From a virus (Duplodnaviria > Caudoviricetes), in the IMG/VR virus record IMGVR_UViG_2934051868_000003, positions 1-64,000 of that record: a stretch of 64,000 bases of DNA; one strand, 5' to 3'. The notes beneath the pieces were generated by a model. It saw only the letters and a list, made by a program, of their open reading frames with translations, did no database searches and was not told the origin of the DNA. Made by a program: the position numbers and the translations under genes. Shown one piece after another: positions 35,295 through 45,337 of the stretch (position 1 is the first letter of the stretch; each line of letters begins with the position of its first letter).

Positions 35295-38069
35295 TTAGAG
35301 GGCGATCACGGCCGGCTGCCACACCGTCACCGGCGCCCCGGCAGGGTGGGCTTTGACGACACCGTTCACGGACCGGGCGGCGACGGTCGCGGTTTGCGGG
35401 CTGGACGTGCCGGTGATCGCCGACACCGTCACCCGCTCCCCGTTCACGTCCAGGTCGAGCGGAAACGAGGCCGCTTTCGTGGTCCACAGACCGGACGAGC
35501 CGACCGTGGCGAGCGACAAGGTGGTGGCCGCTGCTGTCGCCGATGCCGCCAGGGTGGCCCCGGTCGGCGCGACCCGCTGCGGGCCGTCGGCGACGGCGAC
35601 GTCCCACGGCTGTGCCGGTTCCGGGTCGAACCGGACCAGCCACTGCCGCGGGCCAAGGGTTTCCGTCCAACCCATGACGATCCGGTCCAGCGCACCTGGC
35701 CGGTACTGGGCGGGCGGGTTGATCCGCACCACCCGCGCACCGACCCGGCACGACAGCCACCCGTCGACCATGCCGGGGTTGGCGGCCAGATCAACCGGAA
35801 CACTGTCCTCACGCAGGTCGACGACACCGCCGAGGTGCACCCGCCACGACGCCTGGTCGATTAGGTCGGCGTCGTAGGCGAGGTTCAACTCGACGCTGTC
35901 CGAGTAGACGCCCCGCCGCTGCGAGTCCACGTCAACGTCGATCGCGAACGACCCGTTCCGCCGGTCGACCTTCCACTGGTTGCGGATCAACTGGTCGTCG
36001 TAGGTCGGGGCGAGAACATCCGTGGCGCTGGTCTGGTCGGAGCGGCGCAACGTCGCCAGGTCGACCGTCAAGTCCGCCGGCTGGTTGTAGCGGTCGGCGC
36101 GGGGCAGGTACGCCACCCCGAAACTGCGCTCATACAGGGTGCCACCGTCAACGTCTACGCATTCCTGCGCTAGATCAATCAGGCTGCCTGCGGGCTGTGA
36201 ACCCATCCGCTGCACCGCCAGCGCGGGCACCGCCGGCACGTCGGCAGACACGCTGTTCTCGGCGAACAGGCGGGCGAGGCGGATCGTTGCGGCCTCCCGC
36301 TGCCACGAGTCCAGGGAACCAAGCACGACACGGCCGTACACATCCGGCGACGCCGGCTGAACCGGCGTGCGCTGGGCGGCCCACACGGCGAGGTGACCAA
36401 ACGGAAGCTGCGTGTTCTGCGTGGTGCGTGTCGTGTTCAAACCCACCGATGCGACCCCCGTGAGGGTGCCGCTCAGCGAGCCGGTCAGATAGTACGACCC
36501 GGTGAAGGTCAAGTATCCGACGTTGATCGTGCCGCCGGACTGCCACACCCCAAAGTCGTAGCTGACGATGCTCCCTCCGGTCACACCACCGGAGTCGATA
36601 ACGGTCGTGGCCGCACCGGACTGGTCGTAGGCGACGATTTGCTCTCGTAGCAGAGTCTTGCGGTAGATGAGCTGCCACTTCACGTATGTGCCGCCGGGGG
36701 TGTTGACCTCGGCCAGCACGATGTCGGCTGCCGCTGTGAGGTAGTCGGGGGCCGCTACGAGACTTACCGCCCACGCCGTCGCGGTGGCCTTGGTGACGTC
36801 GCTGGGCAGCGCCGCCGATACTGTGCCCCCGCCTGCGAGGTTGAGCAGCGCGAGCGTGCCGGCCTGCAAGTAGAGGAATGAGCCCGATTGCAGGACGGTG
36901 TCTTCGATCGCCACGAACTGGGATGCACCTGTGACCCGCAGCGGCGGAGCGTTGGTGATCGCGCCGCCTTGCTGGGAGGTGGCGCCGTCTTCCAGCGGCC
37001 AGTAGGCGACCGGTCCGGCGGCGCGGATGGTGCGGCGCATCGGCGATTCGGGGTCGCGTGCGCCCTGCTGGATGCGGCGTAGCACCCCCGAGCAGGTCAC
37101 CTCCACCGCCGACGACATGTTCCCCACCTCGCCGGTGGGCAGGTAGGTGGGCTTCCACTGGTCTGCGTACCCGGCGAACCGCTCCACCCGCACCGCGTAG
37201 TTCCGGTGGTAGGCGTAGACGGGCAGGGTGTTGGTGTTCCCGACGACCAGCCACGACTGGACACCCGTGGCGCCGGCGGTGGTGAGGGTGTTGTCGGTGG
37301 CGGTCAGCTGCCAGCCGGACGGCTCCGGCCCGGCCGGGTTCCACACCTTGATCGCCAGTTTCGTGCCGACCACCGACGCCCGGACCCGCAGGTACGTGTT
37401 GGCGGCGTAGGCGAGGCCGGGCACGGGGTCGAGGACGGCCAGGTCGGTGAAGCTGACCCCCGCAGCGCGGGTGATCTTCAACATGACCCCGGTGCCGCCC
37501 GCTTTCATCTCGCACCGCAGCCAGTAGAAGTTCGTCCCGTCGAACCGGAACACCAGCCCCGTCACCAACGCCGCACCGGTCAGCAACGCCGACGGGGCGA
37601 CGTCCACGGTCTGCTCGCAGTCCAGCAGCGACGTGTTGAGGGTGGTGCGGCGGACGGCGTTCACCGCCGCGTGGGTGTGCCGGCCCGCCCCGCCGGTGAC
37701 CGCGTAGTTGGACAGCGCGCCGGAGCTGCTGGTCCACACGTGCCCCGACTCGGTGGTCCCCCACTCGTTCGACACCGTCCGGGCGAACGTGTCCTCAGCC
37801 CTGCGTAGGCGTACCCGCAGCGGCGTGCCCAAGTCCACGTTCGGCCAGTACGGCGACATCGGGTGCAGGGGGGTGAGCGCCCCGTCGTCGTTGTGCAACG
37901 TCACCGAGCAGGTCGACGGGGTGGGGAACACGTTCTGCCGCACAGTGATCGGATTCGCCCGCAGCCGCGACGTCAGGTCCGTCCACGCCCACGTGCCCGG
38001 GTCGGCGGTGAGGGTGGCACCGAACGCCGCCTCCACCTCGACGGGCAGGTCACGGTCATCCGGCCACAC
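35295..38069 (-). CDS. large minor tail protein with lectin/LamG-like domains
   Basis: LHNDDG..TP..P.SPYWPNV, PVAYWPLEDG, RSVNGVVKAH motifs; follows tape measure. Confidence 0.85.
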   Translation of the reverse strand: MWPDDRDLPVEVEAAFGATLTADPGTWAWTDLTSRLRANPITVRQNVFPTPSTCSVTLHNDDGALTPLHPMSPYWPNVDLGTPLRVRLRRAEDTFARTVSNEWGTTESGHVWTSSSGALSNYAVTGGAGRHTHAAVNAVRRTTLNTSLLDCEQTVDVAPSALLTGAALVTGLVFRFDGTNFYWLRCEMKAGGTGVMLKITRAAGVSFTDLAVLDPVPGLAYAANTYLRVRASVVGTKLAIKVWNPAGPEPSGWQLTATDNTLTTAGATGVQSWLVVGNTNTLPVYAYHRNYAVRVERFAGYADQWKPTYLPTGEVGNMSSAVEVTCSGVLRRIQQGARDPESPMRRTIRAAGPVAYWPLEDGATSQQGGAITNAPPLRVTGASQFVAIEDTVLQSGSFLYLQAGTLALLNLAGGGTVSAALPSDVTKATATAWAVSLVAAPDYLTAAADIVLAEVNTPGGTYVKWQLIYRKTLLREQIVAYDQSGAATTVIDSGGVTGGSIVSYDFGVWQSGGTINVGYLTFTGSYYLTGSLSGTLTGVASVGLNTTRTTQNTQLPFGHLAVWAAQRTPVQPASPDVYGRVVLGSLDSWQREAATIRLARLFAENSVSADVPAVPALAVQRMGSQPAGSLIDLAQECVDVDGGTLYERSFGVAYLPRADRYNQPADLTVDLATLRRSDQTSATDVLAPTYDDQLIRNQWKVDRRNGSFAIDVDVDSQRRGVYSDSVELNLAYDADLIDQASWRVHLGGVVDLREDSVPVDLAANPGMVDGWLSCRVGARVVRINPPAQYRPGALDRIVMGWTETLGPRQWLVRFDPEPAQPWDVAVADGPQRVAPTGATLAASATAAATTLSLATVGSSGLWTTKAASFPLDLDVNGERVTVSAITGTSSPQTATVAARSVNGVVKAHPAGAPVTVWQPAVIAL

Positions 38070-38090
38070 GAGCGCCCACCACCCTCCCCG

Positions 38091-41087
38091 TCACCTTCCT
38101 GCGGCGAGCGCCGCCGTCGGAGCACGCCCGAACGCCGCGTTCGCGTCGCCGCCGTGATAAACCCGCACGTTGTCCCGCACCCAGCGGGTGAACGAACCTG
38201 GCGCGTCACCCACCCAGGCGATAGCGACCTGCTGCCCGCCGGTGGTAGGTGCCGCGACGGCGGCCCCACCGGCGTACGGATCCGCGACCGGGGCGATGCG
38301 CAGCGCATACGAATCGGACACGTCCGGCACCGCCGCCGCGATCATCCGATCCCGCGCGGCCTCCACCGTCCCGACCGCCGAATCCATGCCCTTCGCCAAA
38401 CCGGGGGGCAACCACCGGCCCACCTCGGTCGCCATCAACTTCGACGGAGACCCGATAGAAAACCCGGCGCGGAACTGGTTGACGACGTAGCGGGCGAACC
38501 CGCGCACCCGATCACCCAGCCAACTGCTCAACGACACGATGCCGTTCCACAAGCCGATGACCAGGTTGCGGCCGGCGTCGTACATGTCCCGGCCCGTACC
38601 GGACAAAGCACCCCGGATCCGGGCGGCTGTGTTCGACGCGGCTGTGCCCGCCCGACCTGCGAGGGTACCCAGCACCCCGGCGGCGCGGTTCACCGCCGAC
38701 TGGAACAAGCCGGCGAGCTGCCCCGGCAGGCCACTCAACGTCGTCGTCACCCGGGTACGCACCGACGTGAACTGCGTCGACACCCGCCCCAACCAGCCTG
38801 CGACCGTCGTTGTCGCCCGACCGGTAGCCGACGTGAAAAACCCGCCGACCGTGTCCGGGATCGACGACAGCCAACCACCGATCTGGCCGGGCAGCGCCGA
38901 CAGGGTGCCGCCCACCGAGGCCGCCCACCCGTCGACCGTCTCCCCGATGTCGGTGAAGAAACCCTTCACCGTGTTGTACGCGCCGCTGATCTTGTCGGCG
39001 AGGTCCTGCACCGCGAACACGAACCCCACCACCGCGGGGATGACGTCCTGGAGCAGGATCCGGCCGAACTCCTTCATCTTCGCGATCCACTCGGCGATCT
39101 GCCGCCGGTTCTCCGGGTCGTTCAGGAAGTCGGCGATGCCCTGGAACGTCTCGACCACGCCGGAGCCTTTACCGGCGTCGGCGCCGAACAGGATCACGGT
39201 CAGGGATTTGAAGATGGACCCCACCGACCGGCCGATCTTGAAGAAGTCCCGCAGATACCCGCCGGTCCTCTCGAAAAACGACTCCAACTTGCCCGACTTG
39301 TCGGCCGCCGCCACCCACGCCGAAAAGTCACGGACCAGCTTCGACACCTCATCGCCGAACGCGTCCACGAACGGCTTCGCCGCCCGCGACAGCCGGCCGA
39401 ACGCGTCGACCAGCGGACCGGACACCGCATCACCGATGCGGGACAGTGCCTGCCGGATCGACTCGGCGCCTGCGCCGATGTTGCGGATGAACTGCGGTTG
39501 CGAAATGTTGGAGCCCAGGTTGCGGAAGAACCGGTTGAACGTGTCCGCGTAGCTTCCGAGGGTGGTCCGCAGCTGCGGCAGCCACGCCGACCCGACCTGC
39601 CGGACCGTCTTGTCCAAGCCCTTGAACGCCCGCTCCTGCACATCCAGACGCAGGCTCTCGAACGCCGGCTTCAACCCCTTCACCGCGTCCACGAACGCCA
39701 ACGCCGCCGGGCTGAGCTTCGTCAGCTCCTTCGCCACCCCACCCGCCGACGCGCCCGTCTTCTCCTGCGCCGCAGCCAGGGACTCGTTCGCCGCCACCAA
39801 ACCCTCTTGCGCCGACTTCAGACCGTCCGCAGCCGACAACAGCGCGTCGTTCGCGGACCGCTGCCGATCGAGCGCAGCCACCACCTCGTCGGAGCCCTCG
39901 ACGCCCTTACGGTCCGCCTCAACCTTCGCGTCGGCGGCGTCCTTCGTCGCCTGCGCAGCCTCCTCCGCCGCGAACTGCGCCTGCTCCAAATCGAGCACCG
40001 CCCGCTTGATCGCGAGAGGGTCACCGGAGCGGTACGCCTCCGACAGCGCCTTCTGCGCCTCCTCCACCCGCAACGCCGCGTCACGCTCATCCAACGCCGC
40101 CCCACGCAGAGCGCGCCCAAGGTCTTCGATCCGGCGCACCGCCGCACGGCGGGCCTCCGACACCGCCCGCTGCGCCCGCAACGACTCGCCCAAAGCGTTC
40201 GAGTAGTTGCGTTCCGCCGCCGCCAGGCCGCGCTGCGCCTGCGCCACACCCCGCTGAGCGGCAGCGATCTGACGGCCCGCCGCAGCCGCCGACTGCCCGG
40301 CCCCACCGGCGCCCTTCGCGGTCTCCTTGAACCGCTCCCCGACACCCTTCAGGGCGAGCCCAAACGTCGCCACGGTTGCGCCCAGACCGGCGAACCCGGC
40401 CGGCACCGCACCCAGCGCACCGGCCACGACACCGATCGCACCTGCGGCAGCTGATGCGGCCGGGCCGATCGTAAACAGCGCCGCGACCGTCCCGCCGATC
40501 GCCACCGCGGCGAGGGTCGCCGGGTTGACCACCGAGGCGAGTCCGGCGCCCATCTGCGCGCCCGAGGTCGCCACCGACTGGCCCAGCGCGCTGAACGACT
40601 GGCCGACCCGCTGCACCGGACCCGACAGCAGCCCCGGAACCTCAGCCGCGACCTGCGCGAACGCCTGCCGGAACCGGTCCCGGTCCACATCCACCGACAC
40701 CCGGGCGGTCACACCCCGCGAACCGGCCGCCACGGTTTCCCGCAGCCGTGCCGCGAACGCCGCCGACGAGCCGGCCTCCACCGGCACGGTCACCTTGACC
40801 TGCCGGCCGATCGCCGCGGCGGCGGCAGCGACCTGGGCGCGCATCCCCGACGTGTCCGCCTGCACCGGAATTTTCGCGTTGGGACGGCCGGCGGTGAGGC
40901 TGCGGGTGTTCCAGTCCGGCTCGACCGGAATTTTGATCTTCCGCTTGCCGAGGGCGTCGGCGAGTGCCTTGTCCAGCCCGGCCGACTTGAACTCGGCAAC
41001 CACGGCCTCACGCAGACGGCGGGCGAACCCCCGCGCCGACGCCGATACCTCTACGCCAACCTGGCCCACAATGATCGGAGACGTCAC
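38091..41087 (-). CDS. tape measure protein
   Basis: 998 aa, Ala-rich helical, GLWNGI and IGSPSKLM C-terminal motifs. Confidence 0.9.
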   Translation of the reverse strand: MTSPIIVGQVGVEVSASARGFARRLREAVVAEFKSAGLDKALADALGKRKIKIPVEPDWNTRSLTAGRPNAKIPVQADTSGMRAQVAAAAAAIGRQVKVTVPVEAGSSAAFAARLRETVAAGSRGVTARVSVDVDRDRFRQAFAQVAAEVPGLLSGPVQRVGQSFSALGQSVATSGAQMGAGLASVVNPATLAAVAIGGTVAALFTIGPAASAAAGAIGVVAGALGAVPAGFAGLGATVATFGLALKGVGERFKETAKGAGGAGQSAAAAGRQIAAAQRGVAQAQRGLAAAERNYSNALGESLRAQRAVSEARRAAVRRIEDLGRALRGAALDERDAALRVEEAQKALSEAYRSGDPLAIKRAVLDLEQAQFAAEEAAQATKDAADAKVEADRKGVEGSDEVVAALDRQRSANDALLSAADGLKSAQEGLVAANESLAAAQEKTGASAGGVAKELTKLSPAALAFVDAVKGLKPAFESLRLDVQERAFKGLDKTVRQVGSAWLPQLRTTLGSYADTFNRFFRNLGSNISQPQFIRNIGAGAESIRQALSRIGDAVSGPLVDAFGRLSRAAKPFVDAFGDEVSKLVRDFSAWVAAADKSGKLESFFERTGGYLRDFFKIGRSVGSIFKSLTVILFGADAGKGSGVVETFQGIADFLNDPENRRQIAEWIAKMKEFGRILLQDVIPAVVGFVFAVQDLADKISGAYNTVKGFFTDIGETVDGWAASVGGTLSALPGQIGGWLSSIPDTVGGFFTSATGRATTTVAGWLGRVSTQFTSVRTRVTTTLSGLPGQLAGLFQSAVNRAAGVLGTLAGRAGTAASNTAARIRGALSGTGRDMYDAGRNLVIGLWNGIVSLSSWLGDRVRGFARYVVNQFRAGFSIGSPSKLMATEVGRWLPPGLAKGMDSAVGTVEAARDRMIAAAVPDVSDSYALRIAPVADPYAGGAAVAAPTTGGQQVAIAWVGDAPGSFTRWVRDNVRVYHGGDANAAFGRAPTAALAAGR

Positions 41088-41108
41088 GGGGGATCACCCC
41101 CGCCCACG

Positions 41109-41531
41109 TCACGTACCGGCGTCGGCCGCCGGAATCAACCCGAGATTGCGCAACCTTTGCGCCACATCATCACCAGACACCACCGGGCGCTGCTGCTGCT
41201 CACGCGGCTTCTCACCCGGCAACAACACCGGCTCCGGACGTTTACCCTTACCGCCGCCGTTCTGCCACACCAACTGCGCCGCACGCAACTCCACCCGACG
41301 CAGCAGATACGTGTCCAACGACAACTCGGCCGCCGGACCCAACACCGCCCGCCGAAACGCCGACTCGCGCGGCAGATGCTCGATGTAGCAGATCAGCTCC
41401 CCGACCGGGATCCGCTCTTGCGGCGGCCCGAAGAGGGCTTTGCCGAGGCGGATGCCGTGGAAGCGGTGGAGATCGGCGGCGACGGCTCCTCCGTGCTCGG
41501 CGAGGAGCCGTCGGAGCCCGGCGCTTCCCCC
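41109..41531 (-). CDS. tail assembly chaperone, -1 frameshift extension (gpGT-like)
   Basis: -1 frame after GGGGGAA; ADL.RFHG...LPRES motif. Confidence 0.75.
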   Translation of the reverse strand, partial: GGSAGLRRLLAEHGGAVAADLHRFHGIRLGKALFGPPQERIPVGELICYIEHLPRESAFRRAVLGPAAELSLDTYLLRRVELRAAQLVWQNGGGKGKRPEPVLLPGEKPREQQQRPVVSGDDVAQRLRNLGLIPAADAGT

Positions 41532-41818
41532 GGCCGCATACCGGAATGCTCCAGCCACGCGTCGAACAGCTTCAACATCGCCGGCGCCGGCTGCGGGGTG
41601 TCCTCCCACTCGGCGGCCCGCTCACCCATACCGGTGCGCAGCACCTCCTGAATGGCGGGCAGGTCCATCTCGTCGGCGAGGGCAACCATCCGCCAGTCGA
41701 TGTCACCGAGGTGCGGCAGCGTCCACCGCGACCCAGCCCACGTGAACGTGAACGGGGTGCGCTGTTCCTCAGCCCATGCGGCGTCGAGGTCGAAGCCGTT
41801 GTTGATGTCGTCAGCCAC
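41393..41818 (-). CDS. tail assembly chaperone (gpG-like)
   Basis: FDLDA...PFTF...W..HSG..PGE. Confidence 0.82.
   Translation of the reverse strand: MADDINNGFDLDAAWAEEQRTPFTFTWAGSRWTLPHLGDIDWRMVALADEMDLPAIQEVLRTGMGERAAEWEDTPQPAPAMLKLFDAWLEHSGMRPGEAPGSDGSSPSTEEPSPPISTASTASASAKPSSGRRKSGSRSGS
41525..41531 (-). other. Programmed -1 frameshift slippery site GGGGGAA
   Basis: CCG GGG GAA near the end of the chaperone, before the tape measure gene. Confidence 0.8.
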
Positions 41819-42080
41819 GGTCGTCCACCTCCGCCCCGTGCTCCTCAGCGCCGATGACAACACGCTTGGCGAACAGGGTGAGGGTGACAAGCACCGCGTC
41901 GTGCTCCCGAAGCTCCAGCTCGTGCACTGTCACAGGAGAGTTCGCTGGTGCCAGCAGCCGTTGTCCGTTGATGCGGATTTCGTTCGGGACGACGACGTCA
42001 CCGGCCGCGTGGTCCGGGTTGGTGGGCTGCGGACGCCGCTCGATGATCTCGATGACGGCGCCGACGGGGCGGTCAGCCAC
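41811..42080 (-). CDS. hypothetical protein
   Basis: GGAGG RBS; 8-nt overlaps. Confidence 0.7.
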   Translation of the reverse strand: MADRPVGAVIEIIERRPQPTNPDHAAGDVVVPNEIRINGQRLLAPANSPVTVHELELREHDAVLVTLTLFAKRVVIGAEEHGAEVDDRG

Positions 42081-42417
42081 GGCCGGTCACCTCCGGATCG
42101 GTCGGCGGCTCCCAGCCGGGGATGCCAGCACGCGGATCAGTCGGCGCCGGCTCCCACACCCGAACCTTGCCCCGACCAGCAGGCTTGGCCGCCGGCTGCC
42201 GCTGCGGACCCGACGCGGCCTCGCCCACCTGCACCGACGACACACCCACCGTGAACGTGAGATGCGCGCCATGCTCCGTAGACGCGACCTCATAGGCGTA
42301 CACGGGCGCCGCGACGTCCACGCCGTCCAGCGACACCGAGTAGCCCGTTACCGGGCCGTCCGGCTCGCGTAGCTCCGTGATGACGGCGGACACGCCCACC
42401 GCTGCGTTCTCTGACAT
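42073..42417 (-). CDS. hypothetical protein
   Basis: GGAG RBS; MSENAAVG... Confidence 0.65.
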   Translation of the reverse strand: MSENAAVGVSAVITELREPDGPVTGYSVSLDGVDVAAPVYAYEVASTEHGAHLTFTVGVSSVQVGEAASGPQRQPAAKPAGRGKVRVWEPAPTDPRAGIPGWEPPTDPEVTGRG

Positions 42418-42516
42418 GCGGGGTTCTCCAATACACGCATGCGGGGTTAAAAAGGAAGAAGGCGCTGGCGGGTAAACCCCGCATGGAAAGACCCGCCAGC
42501 GCCAGCACAAGGGGCG

Positions 42517-43077
42517 CTAGGCGGCCATGGAGCTGTCCAGGTAGTACCGGTAGCAGGCGACCGAGTTTCCGTCGAGGTACGCCGACAGGGTCCATTGGTA
42601 CACGGTGATGTCTTCGGCGTTCCACACCACGTCACCGCGCTCCGTGACCTCGCCCTGCGGCACCACGATCCGCTGCGCGCGGGTGCCATCCGTGCCGTGC
42701 AGCACCCACGACCGGATGTCGGTCGTGGGTGGCTTCTCCGCCACAGAGGCGCCCTCCGACGTCTGCGTGATCGTGGAGCCCGGGAACTGGACCCCGAGCG
42801 TCAGCAGGCTCGTCTCGGCGGCGGCGAACGTGAAAGTCTTGGTGTACTGGCCCGGGATGCGACGCACCAGCGCCGCCCCCTGCCAGGCGAAGATGTCCGT
42901 CCGGTCCTGGCTCGTGGCCTCCGAGATGCCATCGGAGGTGACCGTGCCGATGTCGAAGAAGTCCGCTGAAAGGCCGGCAGAGGCCGTGGTGGGCAGCGTG
43001 ACGGACGTGTCTCCCGCCGCCGTCACAGCGACTAGTCCGTTGGTGTACGCACGGATGAGGCTGACGTTGAGCGCCAT
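42517..43077 (-). CDS. major tail protein
   Basis: LPT.A...L...F.DIG..TSDG......I.AWQG...VR; position. Confidence 0.88.
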   Translation of the reverse strand: MALNVSLIRAYTNGLVAVTAAGDTSVTLPTTASAGLSADFFDIGTVTSDGISEATSQDRTDIFAWQGAALVRRIPGQYTKTFTFAAAETSLLTLGVQFPGSTITQTSEGASVAEKPPTTDIRSWVLHGTDGTRAQRIVVPQGEVTERGDVVWNAEDITVYQWTLSAYLDGNSVACYRYYLDSSMAA

Positions 43078-43151
43078 CTCAAATCCTTTCGAGGGCAGCG
43101 GTTGACGCCCGGCGGTCAGCCGGGTTGACCTGGGGAAATGGTGGAGTGGGC

Positions 43152-43168
43152 GCTACCAATCTGGTAGC
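43152..43168. promoter_or_regulatory. Palindromic operator GCTACCA-ATC-TGGTAGC over the -10 of the RHH-tnpB cassette
   Basis: Seen in sequence; TAGCAT seven nt before GTG 43178. Confidence 0.7.
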
Positions 43169-43177
43169 ATCTTTGTT

Positions 43178-43336
43178 GTGGTGCGAGGGGAGCCGAAGGC
43201 GTCGCTGAACCTGCGCGTATCGCCTGAGCTGAAGCGTCAGATCGAGGAGTACGCCGCGCGTGCCGGCCTCTCGATCACCGCTGCGGCAGTAGTGCTCCTC
43301 GCCGAAGGTCTCCGCGCGGAACGACGCAAGCGATGA
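43178..43336 (+). CDS. ribbon-helix-helix (Arc/HicB-like) regulator
   Basis: SLNLRVSPELKRQIEEYAARAGLSIT; ATGA coupling to tnpB; read by hand. Confidence 0.8.
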   Translation: MVRGEPKASLNLRVSPELKRQIEEYAARAGLSITAAAVVLLAEGLRAERRKR

Positions 43337-44601
43337 GGCGAACCTTCAAGTTCCTGATCCGGCCGACCGCCCGCCAGGAATCCGCGCTCGCCGCGATGCT
43401 CGCGGATCACTGCGACCTCTACAACGCGGCTCTCGAAGAGCGGCGCGCAGCCTGGATCAAGAGGCGAGTCAACGTCAGCTGCACCGCCCAGCAGGCTCAG
43501 CTTCCCGCCATCCGGGCCGCCGACCCCGACCAGGCAAGGTGGGGGTTCAGCTCGCAGCAGGCCACAGTAAGGCGCGTCTACGAGACTTACGCCGCGTTCT
43601 TCCGACGCGCCAAGGCAGGGAACAAAGCCGGGCTGCCGCGCTTCAAGGCTCGCGCCCGCTTCAACACCGTCACATGGCCCAGTAACCGCGACGGCTGCCG
43701 GTGGGACTCCACGCCCGGCGGTCAGACGCGCGTCTATTTGCAGGGCGTGGGGCACGTAAGGGTCCACGCCCATCGGCAAGTTCAAGGGCGGGTCAAGACG
43801 CTGACTGTCACCCGGCGACGCGGCCGGTGGTTCCTGGCGTTGTCGTGCGATGAGGTGCCCGCCGCGCCGCTGCCTTCGACAGGCCGAAGCGTGGGCATTG
43901 ACTTAGGCGTGGCAAGCTTGGTCACCACTTCAGCCGGATACATGGTCGGCAACCCGCGATTTGAACGGACGCTCGGCCCCGACCTTGCCGCGGCGCAGGC
44001 TGCCATTGCGAGATGCCAACGTGGCTCTCGGCGTCGGGAGACGTGGGCCAGAAAGGCCGCTGCCCTGTGGGCCAAAGCTGCGGCCCAGCGGGCGGACCAT
44101 CACCACAAGCTCGCGCTTCGGCTTATCCGCGACCACGACCTGATCGTTCACGAGGATCTTCGCCCCGAGAACATGGCACGACGGTCCAAGTCGTCGTTCC
44201 GGCGTGCGCGGTCTGGTCTGAGTCGATCTATATATGACGCCGGGTGGGGTGGCTTCCTGCGCATGTTGCGCGACAAGGCTGAGAGTGCCGGTCGTGCTGT
44301 AGTCGCAGTGAACGCCGCCTACACGTCTCGCCGGTGCGGCTCATGTGGGCACAGCAGCGCCGAGAACCGGCCTTCCCAGGCGGTGTTCCGCTGCGTGTCT
44401 TGCGGTCATGAAGCGCACGCTGATGTGAATGCTGCGATCAACATTCTCAGGGCCGGGCTGGTCCTGCGCGACGCCGTTCCGGCGATGCGGAAAGCCGCGC
44501 CAGCGGCGGAGTCACATGAAGATGTCATTCAGCCGGCGAGCCGATACGCGTTGACTTTCAGCTCGGCGTTGTCCACGTCGAAGTTGAGCGTGGTGCCGTA
44601 A
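43333..44601 (+). CDS. tnpB: RNA-guided endonuclease TnpB, IS200/IS605-like, no tnpA
   Basis: RuvC GIDLG / VHEDL / ADVNAA; CGSC..CVSC Zn finger. Confidence 0.93.
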   Translation: MRRTFKFLIRPTARQESALAAMLADHCDLYNAALEERRAAWIKRRVNVSCTAQQAQLPAIRAADPDQARWGFSSQQATVRRVYETYAAFFRRAKAGNKAGLPRFKARARFNTVTWPSNRDGCRWDSTPGGQTRVYLQGVGHVRVHAHRQVQGRVKTLTVTRRRGRWFLALSCDEVPAAPLPSTGRSVGIDLGVASLVTTSAGYMVGNPRFERTLGPDLAAAQAAIARCQRGSRRRETWARKAAALWAKAAAQRADHHHKLALRLIRDHDLIVHEDLRPENMARRSKSSFRRARSGLSRSIYDAGWGGFLRMLRDKAESAGRAVVAVNAAYTSRRCGSCGHSSAENRPSQAVFRCVSCGHEAHADVNAAINILRAGLVLRDAVPAMRKAAPAAESHEDVIQPASRYALTFSSALSTSKLSVVP

Positions 44602-44867
44602 ATCGTCGTCTCGAACGGGCCGATGTAGCGGGACGCCCCGGCCGCGATCGAGTAGGTGCGTGGGGTGACGGTCTGGCCGTCTACGTTGCGGGCGAACCTA
44701 ACGGTCAGCGTCCGCGCGGTCGAAGAGGCATTCGCGTTTCTTACCAAAAGGCAGGTGCGTCCGTCGTTGGGCATCTGAAACCCATTCACGGCGTCTCCGT
44801 TGACCTCGGCGGTCGGCGCGATGCCCGCCTTGGTGATGTCGGTGACGGCAAGACTGGTGCGGGGCAT
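44529..44867 (-). CDS. virion structural protein
   Basis: GGAGG RBS; NG....NDGR..L.VRN...IGPF motif. Confidence 0.75.
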   Translation of the reverse strand: MPRTSLAVTDITKAGIAPTAEVNGDAVNGFQMPNDGRTCLLVRNANASSTARTLTVRFARNVDGQTVTPRTYSIAAGASRYIGPFETTIYGTTLNFDVDNAELKVNAYRLAG

Positions 44868-44944
44868 GAGCAACCTCCGGGGGCATGACGAACTGGCCGA
44901 TCCCGAAGGCCGGGCCGGCGGAACAGGGAATGAGGAGGAGAGGG

Positions 44945-45337
44945 CTAGCTTTCGAGCAGCCCGTGGAACCACACCCGGTACGACGCCGAGCGTTTGAACA
45001 CCTTCGGATCAGGCGACCAGAACGGCAGCGTCTCGACCCGCACCGCCGACACCGTCAACCCCGACGCCCAGGTGTGGCCGGGCAGCCGAAGTTGTAGTTC
45101 GGCGCGCACCCGGTTGGCGATGTTGCCGGCGTTGTCGGCGCGGGCGGCGTACACGTCCACGTCGAGGATGACGGCGTCGAGGGTGAGCGCGACTTCGCTA
45201 CCGGGTCCGGATTGGATGTGAACGAGTGGGGCGGTGAAGTCCCACGGTTGGGGGAGGATCGGGTCGGCCCAGCATTTGCGTTCGATCCGCGGCTGGAGCC
45301 AGCCGGTGACGAGCGCTTCGGGGGTGTTGTCGGTCAT
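44945..45337 (-). CDS. tail terminator protein
   Basis: Position and LDVDVYA motif. Confidence 0.7.
   Translation of the reverse strand: MTDNTPEALVTGWLQPRIERKCWADPILPQPWDFTAPLVHIQSGPGSEVALTLDAVILDVDVYAARADNAGNIANRVRAELQLRLPGHTWASGLTVSAVRVETLPFWSPDPKVFKRSASYRVWFHGLLES

Noticed and set aside
37863-40454. 863-aa plus-strand ORF
   Set aside because: Antisense shadow of the tape measure gene; Arg/Pro-rich with no motifs, typical of high-GC DNA
17749-44601. Possibility that either TnpB is a nuclease-dead TldR-type repressor
   Set aside because: Both retain the D, E and D RuvC residues
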